64,000 bases of DNA from an uncultured Pelagibacteraceae bacterium (GTDB taxonomy: Bacteria; Pseudomonadota; Alphaproteobacteria; Pelagibacterales; Pelagibacteraceae): NCBI GenBank assembly GCA_902601785.1, contig CACKOH010000001.1, positions 54,688 to 118,687 of the forward strand, given 5' to 3'. Positions 32,480 through 43,559 of the stretch are shown here, one piece after another. The position numbers and the translations under genes are program-made. Under the pieces are notes generated by a model, which made no database searches, was not told the origin of the DNA, and saw only the letters and a list, made by a program, of their open reading frames with translations. Each line of letters starts with the position of its first letter. Position 1 is the first letter of the stretch.

Positions 32480-32965
32480 TTATCTATGAGAACTGTCGGC
32501 TTTAATATTTGCCTCTAAAATATTTTCCCATCTATCACCGTTATCTAGCAGTTTTTCCTTTGTGTAATAAAGTTCTTCTCTTGTTTCAGTGGAAAATTCA
32601 AAGTTTGGACCTTGAACTATAGCATCAACAGGACAAGATTCTTCACACAATCCACAATAAATACATTTCATCATATCAATATCATAACGAGTGGTTTTTC
32701 TACTTCCATCTTCTCTTTGAGTTGATTCAATCGTTATCGCCTGAGCTGGACAAACGGCTTCGCATAATTTACATGCAATACATCTCTCTTCGCCATTTGG
32801 ATATCTTCTTAATGCATGTTCTCCTCTAAAACGTGGACTTATCTTTCCTTTTTCAAATGGATAATTTATTGTTTTTTTTGATTTAAATACTTCTTTCATT
32901 GCCATGTATAGACCACTTGCAAAATCTGCCATAAATATGGTTTTAAAAAATCTTGATATTTTCAT
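32480..32965 (-). CDS. nuoI: NADH-quinone oxidoreductase subunit I
   Basis: [12 protein letters not shown] and [12 protein letters not shown] [4Fe-4S] motifs. Confidence 0.98.
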   Translation of the reverse strand: MKISRFFKTIFMADFASGLYMAMKEVFKSKKTINYPFEKGKISPRFRGEHALRRYPNGEERCIACKLCEAVCPAQAITIESTQREDGSRKTTRYDIDMMKCIYCGLCEESCPVDAIVQGPNFEFSTETREELYYTKEKLLDNGDRWENILEANIKADSSHR

Positions 32966-32967
32966 AA

Positions 32968-33966
32968 TTAATTTACCGGTAGAAGATTAAAATAAAATAA
33001 ATAACTAGCCGTAAACACAACCCATATTAAAGACAGTGGAAGGAATACTTTCCAACCTAATTTCATTAATTGGTCATATCTGTATCTTGGAACAATTGCT
33101 TTAACTAAAGCAAACAACAAAAATAAAAGCAATATCTTTAATACTAACCACAAAGGGCCAGGCACCAATGTAAAAGGATATATTTCAAGTGGAGATAGCC
33201 ATCCACCCAAAAATAAAATCGCACCCATTGCACACATTAAAAGAATATTTGCATATTCACCAAGCCAGAACATTGCATACATCATTCCAGAATATTCTGT
33301 TTGATAACCAGCGACCAATTCTGCTTCTGCTTCTGGAAGATCAAATGGTGGTCTATTCGTTTCAGCTAATGCAGAAATAAAAAAAATAACAAACATTGGG
33401 AATAACGGGATAACAAACCATAAGTTTTGTTGAGCTATTACGATATCATTTAAATTGAGTGATCCTACACACAGAAGAACATTAATAATTATCACTCCAA
33501 TAGATACTTCATAGGACACCATTTGAGCTGCAGATCTAATTGCGCCTAAGAAAGGATATTTAGAATTTGAAGCCCATCCACCCATTATAATTCCATAAAC
33601 ACCTAAAGATGAAACAGCAAATAAATAAAGAATACCAACATTTATATCGGCTAACACTTGCGTTGCACTAAATGGAATTACTGCCCAAGCAATTAAGGCT
33701 AGTGTCATTGTTACAATTGGTGCAAGAATAAAAATTACTTTATTCGAACTTGATGGGATTATGATTTCTTTAAAAATATACTTTAATGCGTCAGCAATAG
33801 TTTGTAAAAGGCCAAACGGTCCAACTACATTTGGTCCTTGTCTCTTTTGAACAAACGCCCACACCCTCCGATCAAGCCAAACTACCATGGCAACAGATAC
33901 TAAAACCGGAACTAATAAAAAAAGAATTTTATAAACTTGATCAAAAAATATACTTAAATATTCCAT
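32968..33966 (-). CDS. nuoH: NADH-quinone oxidoreductase subunit H
   Basis: GPNVVGPFG and [21 protein letters not shown] motifs. Confidence 0.98.
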   Translation of the reverse strand: MEYLSIFFDQVYKILFLLVPVLVSVAMVVWLDRRVWAFVQKRQGPNVVGPFGLLQTIADALKYIFKEIIIPSSSNKVIFILAPIVTMTLALIAWAVIPFSATQVLADINVGILYLFAVSSLGVYGIIMGGWASNSKYPFLGAIRSAAQMVSYEVSIGVIIINVLLCVGSLNLNDIVIAQQNLWFVIPLFPMFVIFFISALAETNRPPFDLPEAEAELVAGYQTEYSGMMYAMFWLGEYANILLMCAMGAILFLGGWLSPLEIYPFTLVPGPLWLVLKILLLFLLFALVKAIVPRYRYDQLMKLGWKVFLPLSLIWVVFTASYLFYFNLLPVN

Positions 33967-35997
33967 CTACCCCTCTGTTCCTGTTGATTTGATATTTAAT
34001 TTAGAGTTGTTACATTCAATCATAGTTTTTGAAGATCTAGCAATAACATTTGAAAAATAATAATCTTTTAATTGAATATTCAATTTTTCATTTTGAAATT
34101 CTAAGTTTGTTTTTTCTTTATTGTCAGTTGTTCGTTTTTCTTGTTGAAGTTTTAAGTAATTAAACATGCTACTTTCCAATTCCTCTTTATCATTAAATAG
34201 TTTACGATTATTCATGACTTCAGCTAATTCATTTATAATTTGCCAATCTTCTTTGGCCTCTCCTGGAGGGTAAGATGCTTTATATGCTTTTTGTATTTTT
34301 CCCTCTAGATTTGTAAAATAACCATCTTGCTCCGTGTAAGCTGATCCTGGTAAAATTATATCTGCAATTTCTGCTCCCTTATCTCCATGACTCCCTTGAT
34401 AAATTACAAATTCATCTTTTTTATTAAACTCTAAATTATCTTGTCCAACCAAAAAAACAATTTCGAACTTGTTAGATTTTAATTCTTCCAATAAATTTTT
34501 TTCACTATTTAATATTCCTAGATCAAAATTACCTACTGTTGCAGCATCGCAAGATAAAATATTTAGTGGGTTCCAATCCTCTGTGAATTTATTATTTTTC
34601 TTCAAAAAATTTTTAATTAAATTAAATAAGTGTTCTGCAGAATTTAACTTAAGTAAAGACTCACCAATTATAATCATTGGCTTAATTGCGCTAATAATTT
34701 CTTTAGATATTTCTTCAGACCCTTCAAAAATAGTTTTTATGGTTTTGGTTTGACCATCTAAATTCTTGTAAGGATAAGTTAGATCACCTGAATCATTTAA
34801 TGAGATTACTTTTGTATTATTATTTACAAAGGCTTTTCTAATTCTAGCATTTAATATTGTAGCTTCATATCTAGGATTTGCTCCAATCAAAAATATTAAA
34901 TCAGCATCTTCAATTCCATTTATAGAAGAATTAAATATATAATTCTGTCTTTCAGAGTTATCTAGAAATCTGCTATCTGATCTTGAGTCATAGTTATTAT
35001 TGTTTAAAGTTCTGTCAAAAAACTCCTTAAAAATATAACCCGTCTCCATATTAGTCAAATCTCCAACAAAACCACAAACTTTATCTTTAGATGAATTTTC
35101 AAATTTTGATTTGATAATCTTAAATACTTCACTCCAAGATGCTTTTTCAAATTTACCATTATATTTAATAAAAGGCGTATCTAGTCTTTGATTTGATAAA
35201 CCATCACATGCGTATCTTGTTTTATCTGAAATCCACTCTTCATTTATATCCTCATTAATTAGCGGTAAAACTCTTTTAACCTCCCAATCATACGTATCTA
35301 CTCTTACATTTGATCCAACAGCGTCCATCACATCAACAGTCTCGGTTTTTTTAAGTTCCCATGGTCTTGCCTCAAAAACATAAGGTTTTGAAGTTAAAGC
35401 ACCAACTGGACAAAGATCTATTACATTTGCTGACAACTCTGATTGCATTGACTGCTCCAAATAAGTTGTAATTTGCATATCCTCTCCTCTACCAATTGCT
35501 CCTAACTCAGACACTCCTGCAACTTCAGTTGCAAATCTTACACATCGCGTACAATGTATACATCTTGTCATTTGTGTCTTAATTAATGGTCCCATATGTT
35601 TTTCTGGTACAGCTCTTTTGTTCTCTTTAAATCTTGATTTATCTACCCCATAAAACATAGACTGGTCTTGAAGGTCACACTCACCACCTTGGTCACAAAC
35701 TGGGCAATCTAAAGGATGGTTAGCTAATAAAAATTCCATAACTCCTTTTCTAGCCTTTTCAACAAAAGGAGTGTTAGTTTTAATATTCATCCCCTCAGTA
35801 GCAGGCATTGCACAAGAAGCAATTGGTTTAGGAGATTTTTCCATTTCAACTAAACACATTCGACAGTTGCCTGCTATTGATAATTTTTCGTGATAACAAA
35901 ACCTAGGAATTTCTGCTCCAGCTTTTTCACACGCCTGTAGAACCGTTAAACCGTCTTCTACCTCAACTTCAATATCATTTACTTTTAATTTAGGCAT
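33967..35997 (-). CDS. nuoG: NADH-quinone oxidoreductase subunit G
   Basis: [27 protein letters not shown] and CIHCTRC motifs. Confidence 0.98.
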   Translation of the reverse strand: MPKLKVNDIEVEVEDGLTVLQACEKAGAEIPRFCYHEKLSIAGNCRMCLVEMEKSPKPIASCAMPATEGMNIKTNTPFVEKARKGVMEFLLANHPLDCPVCDQGGECDLQDQSMFYGVDKSRFKENKRAVPEKHMGPLIKTQMTRCIHCTRCVRFATEVAGVSELGAIGRGEDMQITTYLEQSMQSELSANVIDLCPVGALTSKPYVFEARPWELKKTETVDVMDAVGSNVRVDTYDWEVKRVLPLINEDINEEWISDKTRYACDGLSNQRLDTPFIKYNGKFEKASWSEVFKIIKSKFENSSKDKVCGFVGDLTNMETGYIFKEFFDRTLNNNNYDSRSDSRFLDNSERQNYIFNSSINGIEDADLIFLIGANPRYEATILNARIRKAFVNNNTKVISLNDSGDLTYPYKNLDGQTKTIKTIFEGSEEISKEIISAIKPMIIIGESLLKLNSAEHLFNLIKNFLKKNNKFTEDWNPLNILSCDAATVGNFDLGILNSEKNLLEELKSNKFEIVFLVGQDNLEFNKKDEFVIYQGSHGDKGAEIADIILPGSAYTEQDGYFTNLEGKIQKAYKASYPPGEAKEDWQIINELAEVMNNRKLFNDKEELESSMFNYLKLQQEKRTTDNKEKTNLEFQNEKLNIQLKDYYFSNVIARSSKTMIECNNSKLNIKSTGTEG

Positions 35998-37321
35998 TTT
36001 TTTTATCTAATAAATGTTGGTCAACCAAATAAGGAATATTATTTTTTTTCTGAACAATAGGGTCTAAATTATTTCTTTCCTCAATTTCTTTTTTAAAATG
36101 TCTTAACAATCCTTGTACTGGCCATGATGATCCTTCACCAAATGCACAAATAGTATGACCAGCAATTTGGTTTGTTACATCACCAAGCATATCCACTTCA
36201 TCTTTAGTAGCCTCCCCTTTTGCCATTCGTTCTAGCATTCTCCACATCCATCCTGAGCCCTCTCTACATGGTGTGCATTGACCACAACTTTCGTGTTTAT
36301 AAAATCTAGCTATCCTTGCCATACATTTAATAATGTCCTGGTCCTTGTTAATAACTACAATTCCGGCAGTTCCTAATCCACTCTTTTCAGCCATCAATGA
36401 ATCAAAGTCCATGGTTAATGTCTCACATTTTTCTTTTGGTATTAGTGGCATTGATGAACCACCTGGAATTACAGCTTGTAAATTTTCCCATCCACCTACA
36501 ACTCCTCCTGCATGTACCTCAATTAATTCTTTTAAAGAAATATTCATTTCTTCCTCAACATTACATGGATTATTCACATTGCCTGAAATACAAAAAATTT
36601 TTGTACCTGTATTTTTTTCTCTACCTAGCGAGGAAAACCATTTTCCACCTCTTCTAAGAATTGTTGGAACAACAGCTATCGTTTCAACATTATTAATAAT
36701 CGTTGGGCATCCATAAAGTCCAATCAATGCTGGAAAAGGAGGTTTTAATCTTGGTTGACCTTTTTTACCTTCTATACTTTCAAGTAAAGCTGTTTCTTCT
36801 CCGCAAATATAAGCACCTGCTCCATAGTGAATGTAGATATCCAAATCCCATCCAGTTCCAGCAGCATTTTTACCAATTAAATTTTTTTCATAAGCTTCGT
36901 CAATAGCTGATTGTAATTTTTGACCCTCTATAAAATATTCACCTCTAATATAAATATAACAAACATGAGCTTGAACTGCATAAGAGGCTATTAGACATCC
37001 TTCGATTAATTTGTGAGGCTCAAATCTTAAAATATCCCTGTCTTTACAGGTACCTGGTTCTGACTCGTCTGCATTAATTACTAAATAATGAGGTCTAGAT
37101 CCGACTTCTTTAGGAGCAAAAGACCATTTCAAACCTGTGGGAAATCCAGCGCCACCTCTTCCTCTGAGTTGCGAGTCTTTTACCTCATTAATAATCCAAT
37201 TTCTTCCTTTTGCTATTAATTCTGAGGTATTTACCCAATCACCTCTTGTCTGAGCAGATTTAACATCTGCACCCATATCATTATACAAATTTTTAAAAAT
37301 TCTATCTTGATCTTTAAGCAT
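35990..37321 (-). CDS. nuoF: NADH-quinone oxidoreductase subunit F
   Basis: [22 protein letters not shown] and [12 protein letters not shown] motifs. Confidence 0.98.
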   Translation of the reverse strand: MLKDQDRIFKNLYNDMGADVKSAQTRGDWVNTSELIAKGRNWIINEVKDSQLRGRGGAGFPTGLKWSFAPKEVGSRPHYLVINADESEPGTCKDRDILRFEPHKLIEGCLIASYAVQAHVCYIYIRGEYFIEGQKLQSAIDEAYEKNLIGKNAAGTGWDLDIYIHYGAGAYICGEETALLESIEGKKGQPRLKPPFPALIGLYGCPTIINNVETIAVVPTILRRGGKWFSSLGREKNTGTKIFCISGNVNNPCNVEEEMNISLKELIEVHAGGVVGGWENLQAVIPGGSSMPLIPKEKCETLTMDFDSLMAEKSGLGTAGIVVINKDQDIIKCMARIARFYKHESCGQCTPCREGSGWMWRMLERMAKGEATKDEVDMLGDVTNQIAGHTICAFGEGSSWPVQGLLRHFKKEIEERNNLDPIVQKKNNIPYLVDQHLLDKKNA

Positions 37322-37922
37322 TTTTTACATCCATAAGTGTTTTTCTATTATTTTCAGGTTCTGTATTTAATCGTCCTCTATAAGATCCTGGTTTTGGGTC
37401 TTCACCCTTTAAAATTTTATCAAATATTTCTACTGTTTTTTCTTTATCTAAATCTTCATAATAATCGTCATTAATTTGCATCATAGGAGCATTAACACAC
37501 GCTCCTAAACATTCCACTTCCATCCAAGAACAACTTTTATCATTTGATAATTCATTTTCTTTATCTGAAATTTTTTCCTTACAAGCTTCAACTAATTTAT
37601 TTGCTCCTCTGATCATGCAAGGAGTAGTGGTACAAACCTGAACAAAATATTTTCCTACTGGTGATAAATTATACATAGTATAAAAAGTTGCTACTTCATA
37701 AACTTTTATGTAAGGCATATCTAAAAATTTTGCGATATATTTCATTGCTACTAATGGGATCCAGTTATCATTCTGTTTTTGAGCAATATATAATAAAGCC
37801 ATTACAGCACTTTGCTGTTTCCCCTTAGGATATTTTGAAACTATTTTGTTTGCTTCTTCCAATGAGGAAGGGCTGAACTCAAAAATTTCTGGCTGATTTT
37901 TTGCTGGTCTTCTTAAACTCAT
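37314..37922 (-). CDS. nuoE: NADH-quinone oxidoreductase subunit E
   Basis: [15 protein letters not shown] and ECLGAC motifs. Confidence 0.97.
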   Translation of the reverse strand: MSLRRPAKNQPEIFEFSPSSLEEANKIVSKYPKGKQQSAVMALLYIAQKQNDNWIPLVAMKYIAKFLDMPYIKVYEVATFYTMYNLSPVGKYFVQVCTTTPCMIRGANKLVEACKEKISDKENELSNDKSCSWMEVECLGACVNAPMMQINDDYYEDLDKEKTVEIFDKILKGEDPKPGSYRGRLNTEPENNRKTLMDVKNA

Positions 37923-39094
37923 CTATCTACCTCTCCGAAAACTATATCCAGCGACCCTAATACTGCTGGTACGTCAGCTAGCATATGTCCTTTAATCAGA
38001 TAGTCCATTGATTGAAGATGTGAAAATCCAGGAGCTCTAATTTTGCATTTGTAAGGTTTATTAGATCCATCTGAAATCAAATAAACTCCAAATTCACCTT
38101 TGGGCGCTTCTACTGCTGTATAGATTTCATCTTTAGGAACTCTATAACCCTCTGTAAAAAGTTTAAAATGATGAATAAGTGCTTCCATTGATTGTTTAAT
38201 TTCTTTTTTTGAAGGTGGGCTTATCTTGCCATCTAAAGATTTTATTGGACCTTTTTCCATTTTAGAAAGACACTGCTTAATAATAGATACACTTTCTTTC
38301 ATTTCTTCTATTCTGCATAAGTACCTGTCATAACAATCTCCATTTTTCCCAACTGGAATTTTAAATTCTAACTGTTCATAACAATCGTAGGGTTGGGATT
38401 TACGCAAATCCCAAGGAACGCCTGATCCTCTAATCATCACACCTGAAAAAGAATAATCTAAAGCATCCTGTTTGGTAACAACTCCTATATCTACATTTCG
38501 TTGTTTAAAAATTCTGTTCTCGGTTAATAAACTTTCTAAATCATTAATTATTTTTGGAAATGTTTCACAAAATTCAGCTATATCTTCTTCGAGGCCTTGG
38601 GGCAAATCTTGATGAACTCCACCTGCTCTAAAATAATTTGCATGAAGTCGTGAGCCAGAAACTCTCTCATAAAAACCCATTAATTTTTCTCTTTCCTCAA
38701 ATCCCCATAGTGTGGGAGTTAGAGCGCCAACGTCCATAGCTTGAGTAGTTACATTTAATATATGACTTAAAATTCTTCCTATCTCACAAAATATAACTCT
38801 TATGAATTGAGCTCTAATTGGAACATCTATTTTAAGTATTTTTTCAGTCGCTAAAGCAAAAGCATGTTCTTGGTTCATTGGAGCAACATAATCTAGTCGA
38901 TCAAAGTAAGGAACTGCTTGCATATAAGTTTTGTTTTCAATTAGTTTTTCTGTTCCTCTGTGTAACAATCCAATATGAGGATCAGCTTTCTCAACTACTT
39001 CACCATCTAATTCTAAAATTAATCTTAACACACCATGAGCAGCTGGGTGTTGAGGACCAAAGTTTAAATTAAGGTTTTTAATTTTTTTTGTCAT
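37919..39094 (-). CDS. nuoD: NADH-quinone oxidoreductase subunit D
   Basis: [20 protein letters not shown] and DIVFGEVDR motifs. Confidence 0.98.
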   Translation of the reverse strand: MTKKIKNLNLNFGPQHPAAHGVLRLILELDGEVVEKADPHIGLLHRGTEKLIENKTYMQAVPYFDRLDYVAPMNQEHAFALATEKILKIDVPIRAQFIRVIFCEIGRILSHILNVTTQAMDVGALTPTLWGFEEREKLMGFYERVSGSRLHANYFRAGGVHQDLPQGLEEDIAEFCETFPKIINDLESLLTENRIFKQRNVDIGVVTKQDALDYSFSGVMIRGSGVPWDLRKSQPYDCYEQLEFKIPVGKNGDCYDRYLCRIEEMKESVSIIKQCLSKMEKGPIKSLDGKISPPSKKEIKQSMEALIHHFKLFTEGYRVPKDEIYTAVEAPKGEFGVYLISDGSNKPYKCKIRAPGFSHLQSMDYLIKGHMLADVPAVLGSLDIVFGEVDR

Positions 39095-39683
39095 TATTAT
39101 CTAATTCTTCTTTAATATATTTGGTGCCTTCCCATGGGCTTTCGTAATCGAAGTTTCTGTAGTTTTGTTCAAGTTTGACTGGCTCGCTTATTACTTTTTT
39201 TTGATCTTCACTGTATCTAACCTCTGTATGTCCTGTTAAAGGAAAATCTTTTCTAAGTGGATGTCCTTCAAAGCCATAATCTGTTAGTATTCTTCTTAGA
39301 TCTGGATGATCTTTAAAAGAAACACCATACATATCAAATACTTCTCTTTCCATCCAGTTAGCTCCTGGAAAAATACTAGTTATGGATGGTATGATTTCAT
39401 TTTCTGCAATTGTATATTTTAAAATTAATCTTTGATTAAATTCATGGCTTAAAAATAAATACACTACTTCAAATCTTTGATTATTTTCTGGATAATCAAC
39501 AACTGTAATATCAATAAGTTGTTTGAATTTAGTATCATTGTTTGTTTTTAAAAATAAAACTACATCAATAAGATCGTCTTTGTCTGTTTCAATATAAATC
39601 TGATTATGTTTAATCTCAGTTCTATTAATTTTAGTTGTTAATTCCGAGTTGATTTTTTTTTCTAGATCAATTAAATTATTCAT
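39078..39683 (-). CDS. nuoC: NADH-quinone oxidoreductase subunit C
   Basis: EREVFDMYG and [20 protein letters not shown] motifs. Confidence 0.97.
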   Translation of the reverse strand: MNNLIDLEKKINSELTTKINRTEIKHNQIYIETDKDDLIDVVLFLKTNNDTKFKQLIDITVVDYPENNQRFEVVYLFLSHEFNQRLILKYTIAENEIIPSITSIFPGANWMEREVFDMYGVSFKDHPDLRRILTDYGFEGHPLRKDFPLTGHTEVRYSEDQKKVISEPVKLEQNYRNFDYESPWEGTKYIKEELDNNDKKN

Positions 39684-39685
39684 AA

Positions 39686-40201
39686 CTATCTCGTTATAGA
39701 ACCCTTGTTTCTAATTTTTTTTTGTAGTTGTAATATTCCATAAAGCAATGCCTCAGCTGATGGAGGACATCCAGGCACATAAACGTCAACTGGAACTATT
39801 CTATCGCAACCTCTCACTACAGAATATGAATAATGATAATACCCACCGCCATTTGCACAACTTCCCATGGAAATAACGTATCTTGGTTCTGGCATTTGAT
39901 CGTAAACTTTTCTTAAAGCAGGTGCCATTTTATTAGTCAAAGTACCTGCTACAATCATTACATCTGATTGTCTTGGGGAAGCTCTTGGTGCAGCACCAAA
40001 TCTTTCAAGATCATATCTTGGCATCGATGTTTGCATCATTTCAACAGCACAACAAGCTAACCCAAATGTCATCCAATGAAGTGATCCTGCTCTTGACCAA
40101 TTTATTAAATTATCTAGTGAGGTTGTAATAAATCCATTCTTGCTAAAATCGTCTGCAAGTTGTTTAAATTCTTCAGGAACCTGATCTATTTTGTTTTGCA
40201 T
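39686..40201 (-). CDS. nuoB: NADH-quinone oxidoreductase subunit B
   Basis: [15 protein letters not shown] and PGCPP motifs. Confidence 0.98.
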   Translation of the reverse strand: MQNKIDQVPEEFKQLADDFSKNGFITTSLDNLINWSRAGSLHWMTFGLACCAVEMMQTSMPRYDLERFGAAPRASPRQSDVMIVAGTLTNKMAPALRKVYDQMPEPRYVISMGSCANGGGYYHYSYSVVRGCDRIVPVDVYVPGCPPSAEALLYGILQLQKKIRNKGSITR

Positions 40202-40213
40202 TGTAATTAAATT

Positions 40214-40582
40214 TTATTCCCAGTCTAAAGCACCTTTTTTCCACTCATAAATAAAACCAATTGTAAGTATGAAGAGAAAAATCATCATTGATGAAAAACC
40301 TAATAAACCAATATTTCCAAGTGAAATTGCCCACGGAAAAAGGAAAGCAATTTCTAAATCAAAAATAATAAATAATATTGCTACCAAATAAAATCTTACA
40401 TCAAACTCCATCCTTGAATCTTCAAATGGTTCAAATCCACATTCATATGCAGAAAGCTTTTCAGGATCAGGTCTTTTAGGTGAAAGAATAAAATTAATTA
40501 CCACAAAAGCACAACTTAGTCCTAACGCTAGAACTAAAAAAATTATTATAGGTAAGTAGTTTTGTAAAAAATCAGATAACAT
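40214..40582 (-). CDS. nuoA: NADH-quinone oxidoreductase subunit A
   Basis: YECGF, FDLE and [10 protein letters not shown] motifs. Confidence 0.97.
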   Translation of the reverse strand: MLSDFLQNYLPIIIFLVLALGLSCAFVVINFILSPKRPDPEKLSAYECGFEPFEDSRMEFDVRFYLVAILFIIFDLEIAFLFPWAISLGNIGLLGFSSMMIFLFILTIGFIYEWKKGALDWE

Positions 40583-40644
40583 TGCAATGTATATAACACT
40601 TTTTTTTTGTTCTTGAAGCGCTCATACGTCACATTTTTCTCAAA

Positions 40645-40713
40645 AAAAAAATTAACAATTTCAATGATTTACATTAGATAAGCTAAAAAAACTAACAATT
40701 TCAATGTATTACA
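40645..40713. repeat. Imperfect 29-bp direct repeat, two copies at 40-bp period, each resembling an IHF site
   Basis: aaaaaaattaacaatttcaatgatttaca (40645-40673) versus aaaaaaactaacaatttcaatgtattaca (40685-40713): 26 of 29 identical. Confidence 0.8.
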
Positions 40714-40738
40714 GAATTACTTGAAATTTGATTGAAAG

Positions 40739-40815
40739 TGGCGGGAGTGAAGGGACTCGAACCCTCGACCTATCGCGTGACAGGCGATCGCTCTAACCAA
40801 CTGAGCTACACCCCC
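40739..40815 (-). tRNA. tRNA-Asp (GTC)
   Basis: Reverse complement GGGGGTGTAGCTCAGTTGGTTAGAGC...CTGTCAC...GGTTCGAGTCC...CACTCCCGCCA folds as a cloverleaf with encoded CCA. Confidence 0.97.
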
Positions 40816-40827
40816 ACTTTTGATTCT

Positions 40828-40903
40828 TGGTGGGCAGTATAGGACTCGAACCTATGACCCCCTCGGTGTAAACGAGATGCTCTACCAACTGAGCTAACCG
40901 CCC
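40828..40903 (-). tRNA. tRNA-Val (TAC)
   Basis: Reverse complement GGGCGGTTAGCTCAGTTGGTAGAGC...TTTACAC...GGTTCGAGTCC...ACTGCCCACCA. Confidence 0.97.
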
Positions 40904-40923
40904 ATAACCAAAAAGTAACGTGA

Positions 40924-40951
40924 TTTATATCTTTTAGATTAATAACGTCAA
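40924..40951 (-). promoter_or_regulatory. Putative sigma70 promoter of the tRNA-Val/Asp pair
   Basis: TTGACG-N16-TATAAA on the minus strand, 20 nt upstream of tRNA-Val. Confidence 0.5.
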
Positions 40952-40984
40952 GATTTATTAATTACTGTAAAATAGGGGAAAAAA

Positions 40985-41104
40985 TTAAAATCCACCTCTC
41001 CAATTGGTCTTATTTTCAAAACTATCTTTCTCTTGTTTGGATACAGGCCTAAATAAATAAACTGCCAAAAATATAACAAGTAAAAAAATTATTAATAATT
41101 CCAT
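40985..41104 (-). CDS. 39-aa single-transmembrane microprotein (not in ORF track)
   Basis: Manual translation MELLIIFLLVIFLAVYLFRPVSKQEKDSFENKTNWRGGF; starts 16 nt after the lon stop and fills the gap. Confidence 0.6.
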   Translation of the reverse strand: MELLIIFLLVIFLAVYLFRPVSKQEKDSFENKTNWRGGF

Positions 41105-41120
41105 TTATAGAGTTTGTTTA

Positions 41121-43499
41121 TTACTGGATACTAGCTTGAGATTTGTCATCTTTTTTTGATATGTCAACTTCAACCCATTCTGTAGGTTTTAATTCTTTTG
41201 TTAATGCTATCTTGATTACTTGATCTGCGTGCTCGACAGGAGTAATTTTTATATCATCCATTATTTTTTTTGGCATATCCACAAGATCTTTTTCATTTTC
41301 TTTTGGTATTAAAACTTCTTTAATCCCAGCTCTGTGAGCTGCTAATAATTTTTCTTTTAATCCTCCAATTTGCAGAACTTGACCTGTCAAAGTAACTTCT
41401 CCTGTCATTGCTAAATCTTTTCTAACCGGAATATTTGTAATTGAGGATACAATAGATGTAACCATTCCAACACCTGCTGATGGGCCGTCCTTTGGAGTAG
41501 CACCTTCAGGTACATGAATGTGAAAATCTTTTTTTTCAAATACAGGAGGAATAATACCATATTCTAAACATTTAGATCTAACAAAAGATTTTGCAGCTTT
41601 TACAGACTCTTGCATTACATCACCAAGTTTACCTGTAATTTGCATTCTTCCTTTGCCAGGCATAGTGACTGTTTCAATTTTAAGAATCTCTCCACCATAC
41701 TCTGTCCAAGCAAGTCCAACAACAATACCAACTTTATTATCGTTTTCTAGCTCACCAAAATTAAATTTTGCAACACCTAGAAAATCAGTTAAATTTTTGT
41801 TACTTACATTTACTTCCTTTTCTTCTCCAGAAACAATTTTCTTAACTACTTTTCTCGCTATTTTTGATATCTCTCTTTCTAAATTTCTTACTCCAGACTC
41901 TTTAGTGTAACCTCTTATTACTTCTTTAATGATGTCATCACTTAAATTCATTTCTTTCTCCTTAACACCATTGTCTTTGATTTGTTTAGGTAATAAATAT
42001 TTATTAGCAATATTTATTTTTTCATCTTCCGTATAACCAGCAAGTCTAATTACTTCCATTCTATCAAGTAATGGTGGAAGTATGTTTAATGTGTTGGCAG
42101 TTGTAACAAACATTACATCTGAAAGATCGTAATCTACCTCTAAATAATGGTCATTAAAAGTTGTGTTTTGTTCTGGGTCTAAAGCCTCCAATAAAGCAGA
42201 AGATGGATCTCCCCTATAATCATTTCCTATTTTATCAATTTCATCTAACAAAATTAAAGGGTTTTTAGTTCCAGCTTTTTTCATCATCTGAATAATTTTG
42301 CCTGGGAGTGAGCCGATATAAGTTCTTCTGTGACCTCTGATTTCTGCCTCATCTCTCATACCTCCAACGGACATTCTTACGAATTCTCTATTTGTAGCTT
42401 TAGCAATAGACTTTCCTAATGAAGTTTTACCAACACCTGGTGGGCCAACTAGACATAAAATTGGTCCTTTAATCTTTTCCATTCTTTTTTGAACAGCAAG
42501 AAACTCAACTATTCTTTCTTTAATTTTTTCTAATCCAAAATGGTCTTTATCTAAGGTATTTTGTGCCTTGGTTAAATCAATATCAACTTCACTCTTTTTA
42601 TGCCACGGAAGTTCTGTCATCCAATCTAAATAATTTCTTACTACAGTTGCCTCAGCTGACATAGGGCTCATATTTTTTAATTTTTTTAATTCTTGTAAAC
42701 ACTTTTTTTCTATTTCTTTTGGCATTTTAGCCTTGGTAATTGCTTTATTCAGGCTTGAAGTTTCATCTTTACCGTCTTCTATTTCACCTAGCTCTTTTTG
42801 AATAGCTTTTAATTGCTCATTTAAATAATACTCACGTTGAGTTTTTTCCATTTGAGTTTTAACTCTTCCTCTAATTCTCTTTTCAACACCAATTATACTT
42901 GTTTCATTTTCCATAATTTTTATTATGGCATTTAACCTTTTTTTAACATCGTTGGTTTCAAAAATTTGTTGTTTTTCAGAAATTGAAGCTGATATATGTG
43001 ATGCTATATTATCTGCAATTTGAGATGGGTCTTTTAATTGTTTAATAGTATTTATTGTTTCATTAGAAATTTTTTTATTTATAGAAGTCAGCTTCTCTAG
43101 TCTTCTTAAAGCTGTTGTTGCTAACGGAAACAAATCCTCATCTTTCGACAAAATATCATTAAAATATGTATAATCACAGTTAATAAATTTTTCGTTATCT
43201 TTGAAATCTAAAATTTTTACTCTTTTTATTCCCTCAACTAAAACCTTAACTGTACCATCTGGTAATTTTAGTAATTGTAAAATGTTACCTTCACACCCAT
43301 ACATAAAGACATCAGTTTTACTTGGATCGTCGATTTCGGAATTTTTTTGAGTGACAAGGATAATTTTTTTATCCTTTTTCATAACTTCGTTTAATGCAGA
43401 AATTGATTTATCCCTTCCAACAAATAATGGAATAACCATGCTTGGAAAGACCACAATATCTCTCAATGGAAGTAACGGTAGTGAGATTTTAACATCCAT
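41121..43499 (-). CDS. lon: ATP-dependent protease La
   Basis: LPLRDIVVFP, GPPGVGKTS and PKDGPSAG motifs. Confidence 0.98.
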   Translation of the reverse strand: MDVKISLPLLPLRDIVVFPSMVIPLFVGRDKSISALNEVMKKDKKIILVTQKNSEIDDPSKTDVFMYGCEGNILQLLKLPDGTVKVLVEGIKRVKILDFKDNEKFINCDYTYFNDILSKDEDLFPLATTALRRLEKLTSINKKISNETINTIKQLKDPSQIADNIASHISASISEKQQIFETNDVKKRLNAIIKIMENETSIIGVEKRIRGRVKTQMEKTQREYYLNEQLKAIQKELGEIEDGKDETSSLNKAITKAKMPKEIEKKCLQELKKLKNMSPMSAEATVVRNYLDWMTELPWHKKSEVDIDLTKAQNTLDKDHFGLEKIKERIVEFLAVQKRMEKIKGPILCLVGPPGVGKTSLGKSIAKATNREFVRMSVGGMRDEAEIRGHRRTYIGSLPGKIIQMMKKAGTKNPLILLDEIDKIGNDYRGDPSSALLEALDPEQNTTFNDHYLEVDYDLSDVMFVTTANTLNILPPLLDRMEVIRLAGYTEDEKINIANKYLLPKQIKDNGVKEKEMNLSDDIIKEVIRGYTKESGVRNLEREISKIARKVVKKIVSGEEKEVNVSNKNLTDFLGVAKFNFGELENDNKVGIVVGLAWTEYGGEILKIETVTMPGKGRMQITGKLGDVMQESVKAAKSFVRSKCLEYGIIPPVFEKKDFHIHVPEGATPKDGPSAGVGMVTSIVSSITNIPVRKDLAMTGEVTLTGQVLQIGGLKEKLLAAHRAGIKEVLIPKENEKDLVDMPKKIMDDIKITPVEHADQVIKIALTKELKPTEWVEVDISKKDDKSQASIQ

Positions 43500-43506
43500 G
43501 ACTATA

Positions 43507-43533
43507 ATATGGATATTATATTTTATTTTGCAA
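43507..43533 (-). promoter_or_regulatory. Putative RpoH (sigma32)-type promoter of lon
   Basis: TTGCAA-N15-CCATAT on the minus strand, 7 nt before the ATG. Confidence 0.5.
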
Positions 43534-43559
43534 TAGGTTTTTGCTAGTTATTAAGGATA

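Noticed and set aside
40645-40713. Direct repeat as a mini-CRISPR
   Set aside because: Only two copies, an 11-nt spacer and no cas genes
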